IMG/VR virus record: IMGVR_UViG_3300021963_004854
Location: 64,001 to 128,000 of that record
Source of the DNA: a virus
Length of the DNA: 64,000 nucleotides
Direction: 5' to 3' (one strand)
Part shown: positions 36,683 to 46,534 of the stretch, one piece after another
Numbering within the stretch: the stretch's first letter is position 1
Layout: each line of letters begins with the position of its first letter
Program-made: the position numbers and the translations under genes
The notes under the pieces: model-generated
The model's database searches: none
Seen by the model: only the letters and a program-made list of their open reading frames with translations
Told to the model about the DNA's origin: nothing

Positions 36683-39292
36683 ATGAAGAATGATCCTTGC
36701 TGGAAAGGCTATGAAATGGTTGGCAAAAAGAAGAAGGGTGGTAAAGAAGTCCCTAACTGTGTGCCTGTGAAAGAAGCCGCTAAAGCTATTATTGAAAAAG
36801 CAAAAGCCAAGTCTAAGAAAGACTGGACCGGGGCTAAGGTTAGTAAAGACCGCTTCATTCTCCCAGAAGAAAGTCACGACAACTGCGGCACTCCTGATTG
36901 CTGTGGCACATGCGACACGGCAGTAACAGAAGCCCGTGGCTCGGACTACACTTTGTATCACAAGTCATACACCGATGCAATCAATCACGCTCTTTCACAC
37001 CACGAAAAGTCGGGTCTAAAAGTTTCAGAAGATGACCGCTTCCAACATGTTAGTGTAGGTTCGAAGAAGCCAAGTGAAGGTAATACAACCTCGCTTCATA
37101 TTCCAGCCACTCATTCAAATGGTAAGAAGCATGTTCTCCATGTTCAAGTATTCAACAAGGGCGGAACTCATCCTTACGAACTAAACACTTACTCAAGTGG
37201 TATGGGTCGTAGCGTAAAAGAAGAAGCCGAACTTGAAGAAGGCTATGGTATGTGGAAGGTAGAGTTTCCTAAGCAGCATGTAGGTAAGCCAGTTGCCGCT
37301 GGCTCTGTGCATGTTAAGGCTCAGAACACCGCCCATGCCCATAAAGTAGCGGCAAAGAGAGTGGGTGTTGACCACAAGGTATTCAAGTCTAAGGTAACTA
37401 AGTCTTCTATTCTTCCTGAAGAACTAGAAGATATTAATGAAATGGGTGGCGACCAACATTATGGCGACACTAAGGGCGCATGGTCTGCTGGTGCAAAAGC
37501 AACTCCTGTAAAAGCAAAGAAACTTACTGACTTTGCTCTAAAGGGATTAGAAAAAGAATTAAAAGCTACCCGTCAAACAAGCAAGTCTGTGGCTGATGCC
37601 AAGAAAAAGTATGGCGTCAAGGAAGAAATCGAAGATATCATGGAACGTGGTGAAGACTCTAAGGGTCACTACCGCGCAACAGAAGATGGTGCTGGTTTAA
37701 CTCGTAAGGGTGCCAAGGCCATGGGTATTAAGACCGCCGTTACAACTCCTCCTAGTAAGCTAGATCCAAAAGGCGAAGCTGCAGGTCGTCGCAAATCATT
37801 CTGCGCCCGTATGGGTGGCATGAAAGGTCCTATGAAGGATGAGAAGGGACGCCCAACTCGCAAAGCTATGTCACTTCGTCGCTGGAATTGCAACGAAGCA
37901 GCATTCGATGCCGAATCGAAAATGCATGATGCTCACTACGAAAAGCAAACGGATCAAGTAAAGAATGCACTTGATAATTATGCTCGTCGTGGAATGACAT
38001 ATAAACAAGCATATAATAAGATTCGTCATAGTAACACTCATACTTTGCGTAATCAAATCACTGCGATGCATGAAGAAACACAACTAGACGAAGTTCTGGG
38101 TAAAGAAAACGAATGGGGTCGCCCAGAACTTCGTAAGAAGTTTGCTGCTATCACACCTGGACAAGAGGGTATGACAGCCGATGAGATTCCTGAAATGAAT
38201 CCATTTTCTGGTGATGCTATCCATGAAGGTGGTCTATGGGATAACATTCATGCAAAGCGTAAGCGTATCAAAGCTGGTTCGGGTGAACGTATGCGTAAGC
38301 CCGGTTCAGAAGGTGCACCTACCGATGCAGACTTTAATAATTCTAGAAACGAAGAAACTATCAATGAAATCTCGGCCCTAGGTGCCAAGAAGCGTTCTGA
38401 ATTTGCTGCCAAACTACAAAAGACACTTGCCGACCCGAAAAAAATCGCAAAGGCCAAGAAAGAAATTGCAAAGAAAAAGGCAGTCCAGAAAGCAGAAGAA
38501 CCTAAGCACCTCGTTATGCAACTTCGCAAAGCATCTTCGATTGGCTCCAAGGTTAAGTTCTATGATGGCTCAGAACATCATGTAGCACCTAACCATGTAG
38601 AAAAGTTCAATGATCGTTATCATTCATTGAAGTCTTCTATCGAAAAGGAAAGCCTAGTCAAGAGAGCGCATAAGTCACATGCAGATTTCATGAGAGCAAT
38701 CTCAGAAGAAACTGAAATGGGCCAGCCAATGGCGCCTTGCACATGCGATATTACTCCTGCTAATTATCCAACACCGTCGCAACTATCACCTGAACCGCAA
38801 CTCGGTGATATGAATAGTGATGGTATGACAAATGAGTGGGACGAAGCTGTAATTGAGGCAGAAGTTACACATGAAATTGAAACATCCGATTGGGATGAAT
38901 TACAGAAGTATTATGACAGCGAACAAGAAGACGATGATGAGGAATCAGAATCGATTGATGAAGCTATCACACCACAAGGTCGCCTCAAGAAAAGATTTGC
39001 CGCAATGCGTAACAAGACACGCCGTAATATGGCAAAGAATATGGCACTAAAGCGGATTGCAACACCAGACCGTATCAAGTCGCGTTCTATTCGCGCCGCT
39101 CGTAGAATGGTTTATAAGCGCATTCTTCGTAACCGCGATCCATCTTCTGTATCCCCAGCCGAAAAGGCACGTTTGGAAGATCAAGTAAAGCGCATGGCTC
39201 CTATGGTATCTAGAATTTCTATGAGACTTCAACAGTCTGAAAGAAAGCGTGATATGATGCGCGTTCAAAACGCTAGAACGAGAAAGAAATAA
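36683..39292 (+). CDS. Large modular putative internal-head polyprotein
   Basis: Basic modules (PCWKGYEMVG..VPNCVP; RRKSFCARM..SLRRWNC; GLWDNIHAKRKR) separated by [ILVM]xE linkers. Confidence 0.65.
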   Translation: MKNDPCWKGYEMVGKKKKGGKEVPNCVPVKEAAKAIIEKAKAKSKKDWTGAKVSKDRFILPEESHDNCGTPDCCGTCDTAVTEARGSDYTLYHKSYTDAINHALSHHEKSGLKVSEDDRFQHVSVGSKKPSEGNTTSLHIPATHSNGKKHVLHVQVFNKGGTHPYELNTYSSGMGRSVKEEAELEEGYGMWKVEFPKQHVGKPVAAGSVHVKAQNTAHAHKVAAKRVGVDHKVFKSKVTKSSILPEELEDINEMGGDQHYGDTKGAWSAGAKATPVKAKKLTDFALKGLEKELKATRQTSKSVADAKKKYGVKEEIEDIMERGEDSKGHYRATEDGAGLTRKGAKAMGIKTAVTTPPSKLDPKGEAAGRRKSFCARMGGMKGPMKDEKGRPTRKAMSLRRWNCNEAAFDAESKMHDAHYEKQTDQVKNALDNYARRGMTYKQAYNKIRHSNTHTLRNQITAMHEETQLDEVLGKENEWGRPELRKKFAAITPGQEGMTADEIPEMNPFSGDAIHEGGLWDNIHAKRKRIKAGSGERMRKPGSEGAPTDADFNNSRNEETINEISALGAKKRSEFAAKLQKTLADPKKIAKAKKEIAKKKAVQKAEEPKHLVMQLRKASSIGSKVKFYDGSEHHVAPNHVEKFNDRYHSLKSSIEKESLVKRAHKSHADFMRAISEETEMGQPMAPCTCDITPANYPTPSQLSPEPQLGDMNSDGMTNEWDEAVIEAEVTHEIETSDWDELQKYYDSEQEDDDEESESIDEAITPQGRLKKRFAAMRNKTRRNMAKNMALKRIATPDRIKSRSIRAARRMVYKRILRNRDPSSVSPAEKARLEDQVKRMAPMVSRISMRLQQSERKRDMMRVQNARTRKK

Positions 39293-39294
39293 TC

Positions 39295-39732
39295 ATGGAT
39301 GAATTGAAAACTGCCGTGAAAATTGTCATGGCTAACACATATGCAATGTATTTTAAAGCACATGGCTTTCACTGGAACGTAGAAGGTAAAGACTTCTCAC
39401 AATTCCATGATTTCTTTTCTGGTATATACGAGGAGCTATTTGCTGCCGTAGATACTATTGCAGAAGAACTTAGAGCATTAGATGAATATGCGCCATATAA
39501 TATGACAGAGATTGCAAAAATCACCACTGTTACTGAGTCCTCAATCTATGGTGTAGATGTAGGCAAGATGTTAGCTGACCTTATGTCTGCGAATGCCGCT
39601 GTCATCGAAGCATTGAATTCGGCTCATAGATTGGCCGAAGCAGAAAATAATAGAGGTCTAGTCAATCTAATCGAAGAGCGTCTAGATGTTCACGCAAAGC
39701 ACGGTTGGATGATCCGTGCATCCTCTAAGTAA
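39295..39732 (+). CDS. dps: Dps / ferritin-like protein
   Basis: KAHGFHWNVEG, FSQFH, VDTIAEELRAL, HAKHGWMI. Confidence 0.93.
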   Translation: MDELKTAVKIVMANTYAMYFKAHGFHWNVEGKDFSQFHDFFSGIYEELFAAVDTIAEELRALDEYAPYNMTEIAKITTVTESSIYGVDVGKMLADLMSANAAVIEALNSAHRLAEAENNRGLVNLIEERLDVHAKHGWMIRASSK

Positions 39733-39758
39733 TAAATATAGAGGATAAGGAGATAACA

Positions 39759-40622
39759 ATGTCTTTAGAGAAAACAATTAAAGATACATTAATTGCAGAG
39801 TCGGTCGATCTAGATGCTCGTTTACAGGCTCTTGTTCGCGCTGGTCTAATGCCAGCTAATACTATTCCAATTCTTCGTAAAGCTATTGCGAAGACACAGG
39901 GTGGTATGGCCTTACAGGGTGCCGAGCGTGATGTTATGGCAAACTTCCTCAACTCTATGATGTTTATTGTTCTTGGTGATGATACCATTTTCAACAAAGC
40001 TAGAGCTACTGCTAAGTCTGTTCCACATCACCCGTATGTGCAATACGCCACAGAGGCAAAAGAAAAGCAAGAGTATGACTACGAAGGTGACATGGCTATG
40101 TCCCAACTAAAGTCAATCATTGCCAACTCGCAAAAGATGCACGACATGCTCAGTGCCGACACAAATATTCCTGAGTGGGTTCAATCAAAGATTACTCTCG
40201 CAGAAGATTATATCTCAACCGCTGCTAACTATATGCAGGGTGAGATGAACGAAGAAGTCGAATCAATCGATGAACTTTCAAGGGCAACTGTTGGGAGCTA
40301 TGCTCGAAAAGCAAAGGCAGAAGCAGATAATCTAGGTGGTTTTGACGATCATCGTGCTAAGGGCCGCGAACTTGCTGGTCGTAAGCGTTGGGGTGGCACA
40401 ATGAAAGGCGTTAAGAAGGCAAAGGTTATGGCAACTGAATCTCGTCGCGGTGAGGCACTTGCTGATATCGCAGCCATCACACAGATGAATGAGTCATATA
40501 AGTCCACATTTAATGCGGCACTCACACAGTATGGCATCAAGTCTCCCTCGGAACTTGATGAAGAAAAGAGAAAAGAATTCTTTAATTTCGTAGATCAAAA
40601 CTATAAACAGGGAGACAATTAA
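39759..40622 (+). CDS. Modular putative internal head protein
   Basis: EYDYEGDMA, PEWVQSKI modules, xxE linkers; AATAAATA upstream at 39731. Confidence 0.6.
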   Translation: MSLEKTIKDTLIAESVDLDARLQALVRAGLMPANTIPILRKAIAKTQGGMALQGAERDVMANFLNSMMFIVLGDDTIFNKARATAKSVPHHPYVQYATEAKEKQEYDYEGDMAMSQLKSIIANSQKMHDMLSADTNIPEWVQSKITLAEDYISTAANYMQGEMNEEVESIDELSRATVGSYARKAKAEADNLGGFDDHRAKGRELAGRKRWGGTMKGVKKAKVMATESRRGEALADIAAITQMNESYKSTFNAALTQYGIKSPSELDEEKRKEFFNFVDQNYKQGDN

Positions 40623-41896
40623 TGTCCGCATGGGGTAAATACGACGACAAAACATCCGCGGGAACTATTTCCATCGCATCTGATGGTGTAGTAACGGGTG
40701 TTGGTACTAACTTTAATCCAGAACTTTCGACTGGCGATTTCATTAAAACTGCCGACGGCAAGTCATATATCTGCATTAGTGTCACAAGCGACACCGTTGC
40801 AAAGGTAATCAATGCTGATCCAGAACTGGGTGCAATCACAACACAGTCTGGCGTAGAATATACAATCAGCGAAAAACCAACTGCTATTGCTTCCGATCCT
40901 AACACACTAGCATCGCAAGTATTCGGTGTTGACCGTTACGAAATCCACGGTGACCAAAATGGTGGTTACGTTTCGGCAGTTGCGCTTGTTCAAGGTGGAA
41001 CAAGATATCTAGAAGCGCCTGCAGTAGCCTTCTCAGGTGGTGGTGGTTCAGGTGCTGCGGCAACTGCAACTATTGCTGCTGGTTCTGTTACTGCAATCGC
41101 TGTGACAAACAACGGTTCTTCATACGAGACTGCTCCTGCAGTAAATCTTTCGGTTCCACGCAGAACTGTTACTACTGCTAATGTCAACACTACAACAAAT
41201 GTCCTCACTTATGCTAATCACGGATTAACTGCTGGTGAGCACCTTAAGTATTATCATAATGGTGGTACTGCTATTGCTGGCCTAACAAATGCTGCATCCT
41301 ATTATCCAGGTCGAGTATCTACAAATACTTTCATGCTGTATAACAGTGCCGCTCGTGGACAAACTGCGGTTGCTACTATGACAATTGCTACTACTAATGT
41401 TAATACCACAAGCAATACTTTCACATCAACTGCCCATGGTCTAGTTAATGGTGCAGAACTTAACTACAGCAACCAAGGTGGTACTACAATCACTGGTCTG
41501 ACTTCGGGTAATGATTACTTTGTTGTTAATAAGACTAACGATACATTCCAACTAGCACTGACTTTGGGTGGTAATGCTATCGATATCAGCGGCACAGGTA
41601 ACAACTCGCAGACGTTTGCATCAACTGGTCAACTCGACCTAACTGGTACTGGTAATAACAATCAGTATTTCGACCTTCAGACGGCAACAACTGCTACGGC
41701 AGAAGCTGCACTCGGTGTAAACCAAGGTGTTGACAATGCAGATTCGGGTGGCGTTGCTCACACTGGTTGGGTAAAGCGTAAGGTTCTAACTGGACAACAT
41801 GCTGGTCGTATCCAGTATGAAGTTCTGGTAGCACAATCGAAGAATGCTGGTATCGTTTCAGATGCCGCAGACGATATTGAATTCCCAGAGGACTAA
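40622..41896 (+). CDS. Virion structural/fibre-like protein
   Basis: MSAWG start, GGGGSGAAATA repeat, two HGL..G repeats, C-terminal HTGWV..GR..EVLVA. Confidence 0.75.
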   Translation: MSAWGKYDDKTSAGTISIASDGVVTGVGTNFNPELSTGDFIKTADGKSYICISVTSDTVAKVINADPELGAITTQSGVEYTISEKPTAIASDPNTLASQVFGVDRYEIHGDQNGGYVSAVALVQGGTRYLEAPAVAFSGGGGSGAAATATIAAGSVTAIAVTNNGSSYETAPAVNLSVPRRTVTTANVNTTTNVLTYANHGLTAGEHLKYYHNGGTAIAGLTNAASYYPGRVSTNTFMLYNSAARGQTAVATMTIATTNVNTTSNTFTSTAHGLVNGAELNYSNQGGTTITGLTSGNDYFVVNKTNDTFQLALTLGGNAIDISGTGNNSQTFASTGQLDLTGTGNNNQYFDLQTATTATAEAALGVNQGVDNADSGGVAHTGWVKRKVLTGQHAGRIQYEVLVAQSKNAGIVSDAADDIEFPED

Positions 41897-41902
41897 TAGA
41901 AA

Positions 41903-42355
41903 ATGGCAGATAGCAAAGTAACCTCGATGCAACCAGCGACCGACGCGGCGTCGGCTGATGTGTTGTATCTAGTGAAACCAAATACAAGTCCATATGATCA
42001 TAAGATTACTATTGCTAATCTGTTCGGGGGCATTCCTGTTCCCGTAGTCCTAGAAGACAAACTAATATTGAGTGGCACTCCGCAGACTTTATCCTCTGCG
42101 GGTGCCATTTCAATCACTTCGACTGTTACAAAGATTACATCACCTGATAATAATGGCACACTTACCATTGCTGACGGCGTTGACGGACAAATCAAAACAA
42201 TTATTATGGTATCAAATTCGGCTGGTCATACACTAAGTATTACATCCAATATCGGTCACTCAAGTATTGTTTTTAATAGCGCAGGAGATACCGCGACACT
42301 TATGTTCCAAGGAACAGTCTGGTATTTCATTGGGGGAACGGCGACAGTATCATAA
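41903..42355 (+). CDS. Putative structural protein
   Basis: MADSKVT, LTIADGVDGQIK, GDTATLMF..W. Confidence 0.65.
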   Translation: MADSKVTSMQPATDAASADVLYLVKPNTSPYDHKITIANLFGGIPVPVVLEDKLILSGTPQTLSSAGAISITSTVTKITSPDNNGTLTIADGVDGQIKTIIMVSNSAGHTLSITSNIGHSSIVFNSAGDTATLMFQGTVWYFIGGTATVS

Positions 42356-42356
42356 T

Positions 42357-42719
42357 ATGTTTGAATTAAATGATGATAATTTTTTGATCTTTGCTATTAA
42401 GAACTATGACAACCGGGGATGCCTTGGTATGTCAGACTTAGAAGAAGATTTAAAACGATTTAAATATATCAAACGATTATTTCGTAGATATGAAACAACA
42501 GATGTTTTAAGTGAAAGATTAATACTCAATCACTTAATAGTTTTATACAATGTATTTGGTAATGACACCTCTTTGATGCTTTTATATAAAGTAGAAAAGA
42601 AGTATTGGTCATATTTAAAGACTTTTCTGGTCTATCTAAATAGGATGACCATGGATGATATACCAGATATATCTTTAGATTTGAATGTTGCAGCCGCTCT
42701 AAGGAAAATTAATGTCTAG
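42357..42719 (+). CDS. Conserved T4-like hypothetical protein
   Basis: FAIKNYDN, EDLKRFKYIKRL, ERLILNHLIVLYNVFG. Confidence 0.75.
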   Translation: MFELNDDNFLIFAIKNYDNRGCLGMSDLEEDLKRFKYIKRLFRRYETTDVLSERLILNHLIVLYNVFGNDTSLMLLYKVEKKYWSYLKTFLVYLNRMTMDDIPDISLDLNVAAALRKINV

Positions 42720-43248
42720 ATATGTAGATAACATTGTAACTATGCGCATATTGTATATGCTGACAACTCCGTTTGAACAGACGGATGCGTATCGTTTGGG
42801 CATTGTTGATGCACAGGGCAAAGAACTGCGACCAATATCTAAACTATATAGCGTGGAAGAAAAAGAAGCATACACATATCTTCACCGTCTTATTTTTAGG
42901 CTAAAGAGAATTATTAATAAGGTGCCGCTTGAAAATAAAAACTTTCTTTCATTTGCTGCCGCTTGGGCATTAATTAAAGAGAACGTCGAATACGACGATG
43001 ATATTTTAGAGGAACTATTTTATATGGCACATGAAGATCCAGAAGCAAAAGAACTAGCAGAAGAGCTAGAAAATAAGACACTAAGTTTTAGACAGTTTGT
43101 TGAAGAAATGGGTGTTGCTGGTGGTGCCATTGCTGGTATTGGTATCAACAATCCAAATATTCCAAATCAGGCAGAACCTGGTGTTTCTAAGAAAGCCCAG
43201 AAGAATTATAAAAAGAAAAATAAAATGTTTAGAAGGAATGCACAATGA
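42712..43248 (+). CDS. Conserved hypothetical protein
   Basis: LTTPFEQTDAYRLGIVD; internal SFRQFVEE. Confidence 0.7.
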   Translation: MSRYVDNIVTMRILYMLTTPFEQTDAYRLGIVDAQGKELRPISKLYSVEEKEAYTYLHRLIFRLKRIINKVPLENKNFLSFAAAWALIKENVEYDDDILEELFYMAHEDPEAKELAEELENKTLSFRQFVEEMGVAGGAIAGIGINNPNIPNQAEPGVSKKAQKNYKKKNKMFRRNAQ

Positions 43249-43697
43249 GTTTGCTATCATTTTTAACCAAAGAGGAGCCAATCACTTCTCTTGAACAACT
43301 TGAACTTGCAAAGGGCAAGATTCAACTTACTATCATGAAGCTGGCCGCATTCGTGCTTGGTCTTATCATGGTATCAGTTGTTCTTGTCATGATGGTAGGC
43401 TTGTTTGTTCCCAATGAAACCGTCGATAACAATGAAATCTTCAAGATTATTGGCCCAGCGTTCTCGACCATCGTCGGTGCGTTTGTTGGTGCATTCGCTA
43501 CTATGATGGGCATGAAGACTGCCGACTTTGACCCTAATGTCAAGGTTCAAGAGCTAGGTAAGACTGACCATAAGGCTCTAGCTGAGGCACATGTTATCAA
43601 TGCCCAGGCAGAATCAATTGAAGCCGATACAGAAATCAAATTGATGGCTGCTATCGATAAGTATAAAGATTCAGACGAAGATCACGGACCATTCTAA
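43245..43697 (+). CDS. Two-TM membrane protein (holin/antiholin candidate)
   Basis: Two TM segments; coupled to endolysin start. Confidence 0.6.
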   Translation: MSLLSFLTKEEPITSLEQLELAKGKIQLTIMKLAAFVLGLIMVSVVLVMMVGLFVPNETVDNNEIFKIIGPAFSTIVGAFVGAFATMMGMKTADFDPNVKVQELGKTDHKALAEAHVINAQAESIEADTEIKLMAAIDKYKDSDEDHGPF

Positions 43698-44872
43698 TGA
43701 CACAGCTAACAGAACATTTCACCCTAGAAGAACTAACAGTTTCTCCTACCGCTAAGAAGCTGGGCCTTCCTAACACACCAACAGCCGAGCATATTGAAAA
43801 TATGCGCTACTGTTGCGAGAAGATCCTTGAGCCTGTTCGTGCTAAGTTTGGTCCAGTTACAGTCAACTCTTCATATCGTGCGCCTCTTGTTAACAAGGCT
43901 GTTGGTGGTTCGAAGACCTCGCAACACGTTAACGGTCAAGCAATTGACTTTGAAGTTAAGGGTGTTGACAACAAGAAGGTTGCTGACTGGGTTGCTGACA
44001 ACCTAGAGTTTGACCAAGTTATTCTGGAGTTTTATTCTTCGGGTGATAAGAACTCCGGCTGGGTTCACGCTTCTATCAAGAAAGAAGGTGGCAACCGCAA
44101 GCAACGCTTAGTCGCTACAAAGTCTAAGGCTGGTGGTACAAAGTATACACCTGTTGCAGATTTTGATCCAAGCACAACTAAGGAAGCTGGTGCACCTGTA
44201 GTAGAAGCTGTAGCACAGGTTGCTAAAGCTGCCGCGCAGACAACATCACCCGCTGGTCTTGGACCAATGGCCGCACTTCAAGCTAAGTGTGGTCTGCCTG
44301 CAGACGGCAAGTGGGGTCCAGGCACATTCAAGGGTGCCAAGGATTACTACAAGCTGTCAACTGCACAGGCGGCTCACTTCTTCGGTCAATGCGCCCACGA
44401 GTCAGGCAACTTCAAGGTGTTCTCGGAAAATCTAAACTATTCGGCGGATGGTTTGACTAAGATTTTCAAGAAGTATTTCCCAAGTCTGGCTGCGGCACAA
44501 GGCTACGCTCGTAAGCCAGAAAAGATTGCTAACAAAGTATACGCCAATCGTATGGGTAATGGCCCAGAAGCCTCGGGTGATGGTTGGAAGTTCCGCGGTC
44601 GTGGTCCAATCCAACTAACTGGCAAGGATAACTACACTGCATTCGCACAATCAATCAAGCGCCCAGATATTCTAACAAATCCTGATATCGTAGCAACAGA
44701 ACTTGCTTTCGAATCCGCTCTATGGTTCTTCAATAAGAATGGTCTATTCGCAATCGCTGATAAGGGTGTAACAGATGCAGTCATCGGGCAAATTACTCGC
44801 CGCGTAAACGGTGGTACGCATGGTCTTGATGACCGCATTAAGAAAACTAAGCAATACGCAAACTGGGGATAA
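43697..44872 (+). CDS. Endolysin: peptidase M15 + PG-binding-like linker + GH19 glycosidase
   Basis: SSYR, SQH..GQAID, WVH (M15); ADGKWGPGT; AHES, FRGRGPIQLTGKDNY, VNGG (GH19). Confidence 0.9.
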   Translation: MTQLTEHFTLEELTVSPTAKKLGLPNTPTAEHIENMRYCCEKILEPVRAKFGPVTVNSSYRAPLVNKAVGGSKTSQHVNGQAIDFEVKGVDNKKVADWVADNLEFDQVILEFYSSGDKNSGWVHASIKKEGGNRKQRLVATKSKAGGTKYTPVADFDPSTTKEAGAPVVEAVAQVAKAAAQTTSPAGLGPMAALQAKCGLPADGKWGPGTFKGAKDYYKLSTAQAAHFFGQCAHESGNFKVFSENLNYSADGLTKIFKKYFPSLAAAQGYARKPEKIANKVYANRMGNGPEASGDGWKFRGRGPIQLTGKDNYTAFAQSIKRPDILTNPDIVATELAFESALWFFNKNGLFAIADKGVTDAVIGQITRRVNGGTHGLDDRIKKTKQYANWG

Positions 44873-44877
44873 TAAAT

Positions 44878-45054
44878 ATGCTCAATCAAATCAAAGATGC
44901 ACTGAAAAAACTTTTTGGTTTTGTAGACGCTAACAAAGACGGCAAGATTGATCTCGCTGAGGTTACTGCCGCAGTTGATACGGCAGAAGCAAAGGTTGAA
45001 GAAGTTAAGGCAGTGGTAAAGAAAACACGCGCTCGTAAGCCAAAAGCAAAGTAA
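44878..45054 (+). CDS. 58-aa EF-hand microprotein (not in ORF track)
   Basis: DANKDGKIDLAE EF loop; basic tail. Confidence 0.65.
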   Translation: MLNQIKDALKKLFGFVDANKDGKIDLAEVTAAVDTAEAKVEEVKAVVKKTRARKPKAK

Positions 45055-45063
45055 GGGAATTAA

Positions 45064-46533
45064 ATGTCAAGCAACACTATCCATAGAGCCTTAGTTGAAA
45101 AGTTAGGCGGTCGTAATGTAAGTGAATATGTTGGTAATGCTGGTGATCTCTTCTGGGATCCAGATACTGGTAACATGCGCATCTCCGACGGTGAAACTGT
45201 TGGCGGTCTTAGTGTTGCTGAATCATCGCCTTGGGCAGAAGATATCTTCGTTGGTCCATGGGTAAACTTTGTTCGCCCACCAGATTCACCAGAAGTTGTA
45301 GATGAAATCATCCCAGAAGTCCTTGCTATCGCTAGAAACCCATCCGGCGAAGGTAATGGGTCGATCTACAATGCTCTTAGAGAAGGCGAAGACGGATCGG
45401 TAAGCACACCGTATTTCACTTCATGGAACACCGATGGTTGGGGCGACCTAACAAACATCAAGTCACGTTACTACGAAGACCTGCAATCTGCATGGGATGG
45501 TAGTGGTCCAAAGACGGTTCACTTCGAATGGATCATGAAGGTTTCGGATTACGATGGACCTGAACGTTACTTCCTCGTTCGTTTCTTCAACTGGGATTCG
45601 GGTGGTGTTGATGGCGCTAACGGTGCATTCTCTTGGACTCGCCGTGAAATCAATGCTAATGCATTCTTCTCTCGCGTTGATACAAACGATGAAGAAGAAG
45701 CATATGTAACTGGTGATGTAATTGCACCACACCTTGTTCTTACTCGTGAAAACAATGGATTCCTGTTCAACTACGGTTATGATGCCGCAGAAGATGATTA
45801 CTATGAAACAAACTACAACGAAGATCGTTCACCAAAGAATACTCTTTGGAACTGGGAAGGTTGGGACAATCTCCAGAACCTGAAGTCGCGTCAATTCTCA
45901 CTCTTCGGTGACCTTGTTTACGCTGAAAACTGGTACGGTAAGCAAATCGTTGGTCGCGAATTCATCATGTGGGATACGGTTGCAGATGAATACTATGCAA
46001 TCAAGTTTACTCGCTGGAACAATAACAGCAACTACAACTATCCTGGTTTCTCTTACATCCGTCGCAAGATTGATCAAGAAAAACTATCTCACGGTCTGAC
46101 ATTCGAAGACGGCACAACTCAAAGAACTGCCTACTCGACTAAGATTGGTGGCACAATTCCACAAGCACCTGCCATCACTTCTAAGAACCTTGATATGACA
46201 CGTTGGATCAACTCAGATGATATTGGTAAACTTATCATCGTAGATGGCGATACTCCAAACTCTGTCACCATTCCCGACACATCAACTCTACAATGGCCAA
46301 TTGGTGGTGTAGTTACCATTCTTAATATGTCTGGTAATACTCTCTACATCTACAAGGACAATGATGATGAGAACGGAACCATCTATGGTAACGGAACAGG
46401 TGATAGTTCTACTGGATGGCAAGTTCCTGATACTGGCGGTTACAATCTGGTAACTCTCATGAAGATCAAGCAGGGTATGGATAACTATTTCAACGACTAC
46501 ATCCTTACGGGTGTTGGCATTGAGGTAGACTAA
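45064..46533 (+). CDS. Putative tail fibre/receptor-binding protein
   Basis: Mtd-N-like GDLFWD..RISDGETVGG; duplicated Trp-rich domain. Confidence 0.6.
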   Translation: MSSNTIHRALVEKLGGRNVSEYVGNAGDLFWDPDTGNMRISDGETVGGLSVAESSPWAEDIFVGPWVNFVRPPDSPEVVDEIIPEVLAIARNPSGEGNGSIYNALREGEDGSVSTPYFTSWNTDGWGDLTNIKSRYYEDLQSAWDGSGPKTVHFEWIMKVSDYDGPERYFLVRFFNWDSGGVDGANGAFSWTRREINANAFFSRVDTNDEEEAYVTGDVIAPHLVLTRENNGFLFNYGYDAAEDDYYETNYNEDRSPKNTLWNWEGWDNLQNLKSRQFSLFGDLVYAENWYGKQIVGREFIMWDTVADEYYAIKFTRWNNNSNYNYPGFSYIRRKIDQEKLSHGLTFEDGTTQRTAYSTKIGGTIPQAPAITSKNLDMTRWINSDDIGKLIIVDGDTPNSVTIPDTSTLQWPIGGVVTILNMSGNTLYIYKDNDDENGTIYGNGTGDSSTGWQVPDTGGYNLVTLMKIKQGMDNYFNDYILTGVGIEVD

Positions 46534-46534
46534 T

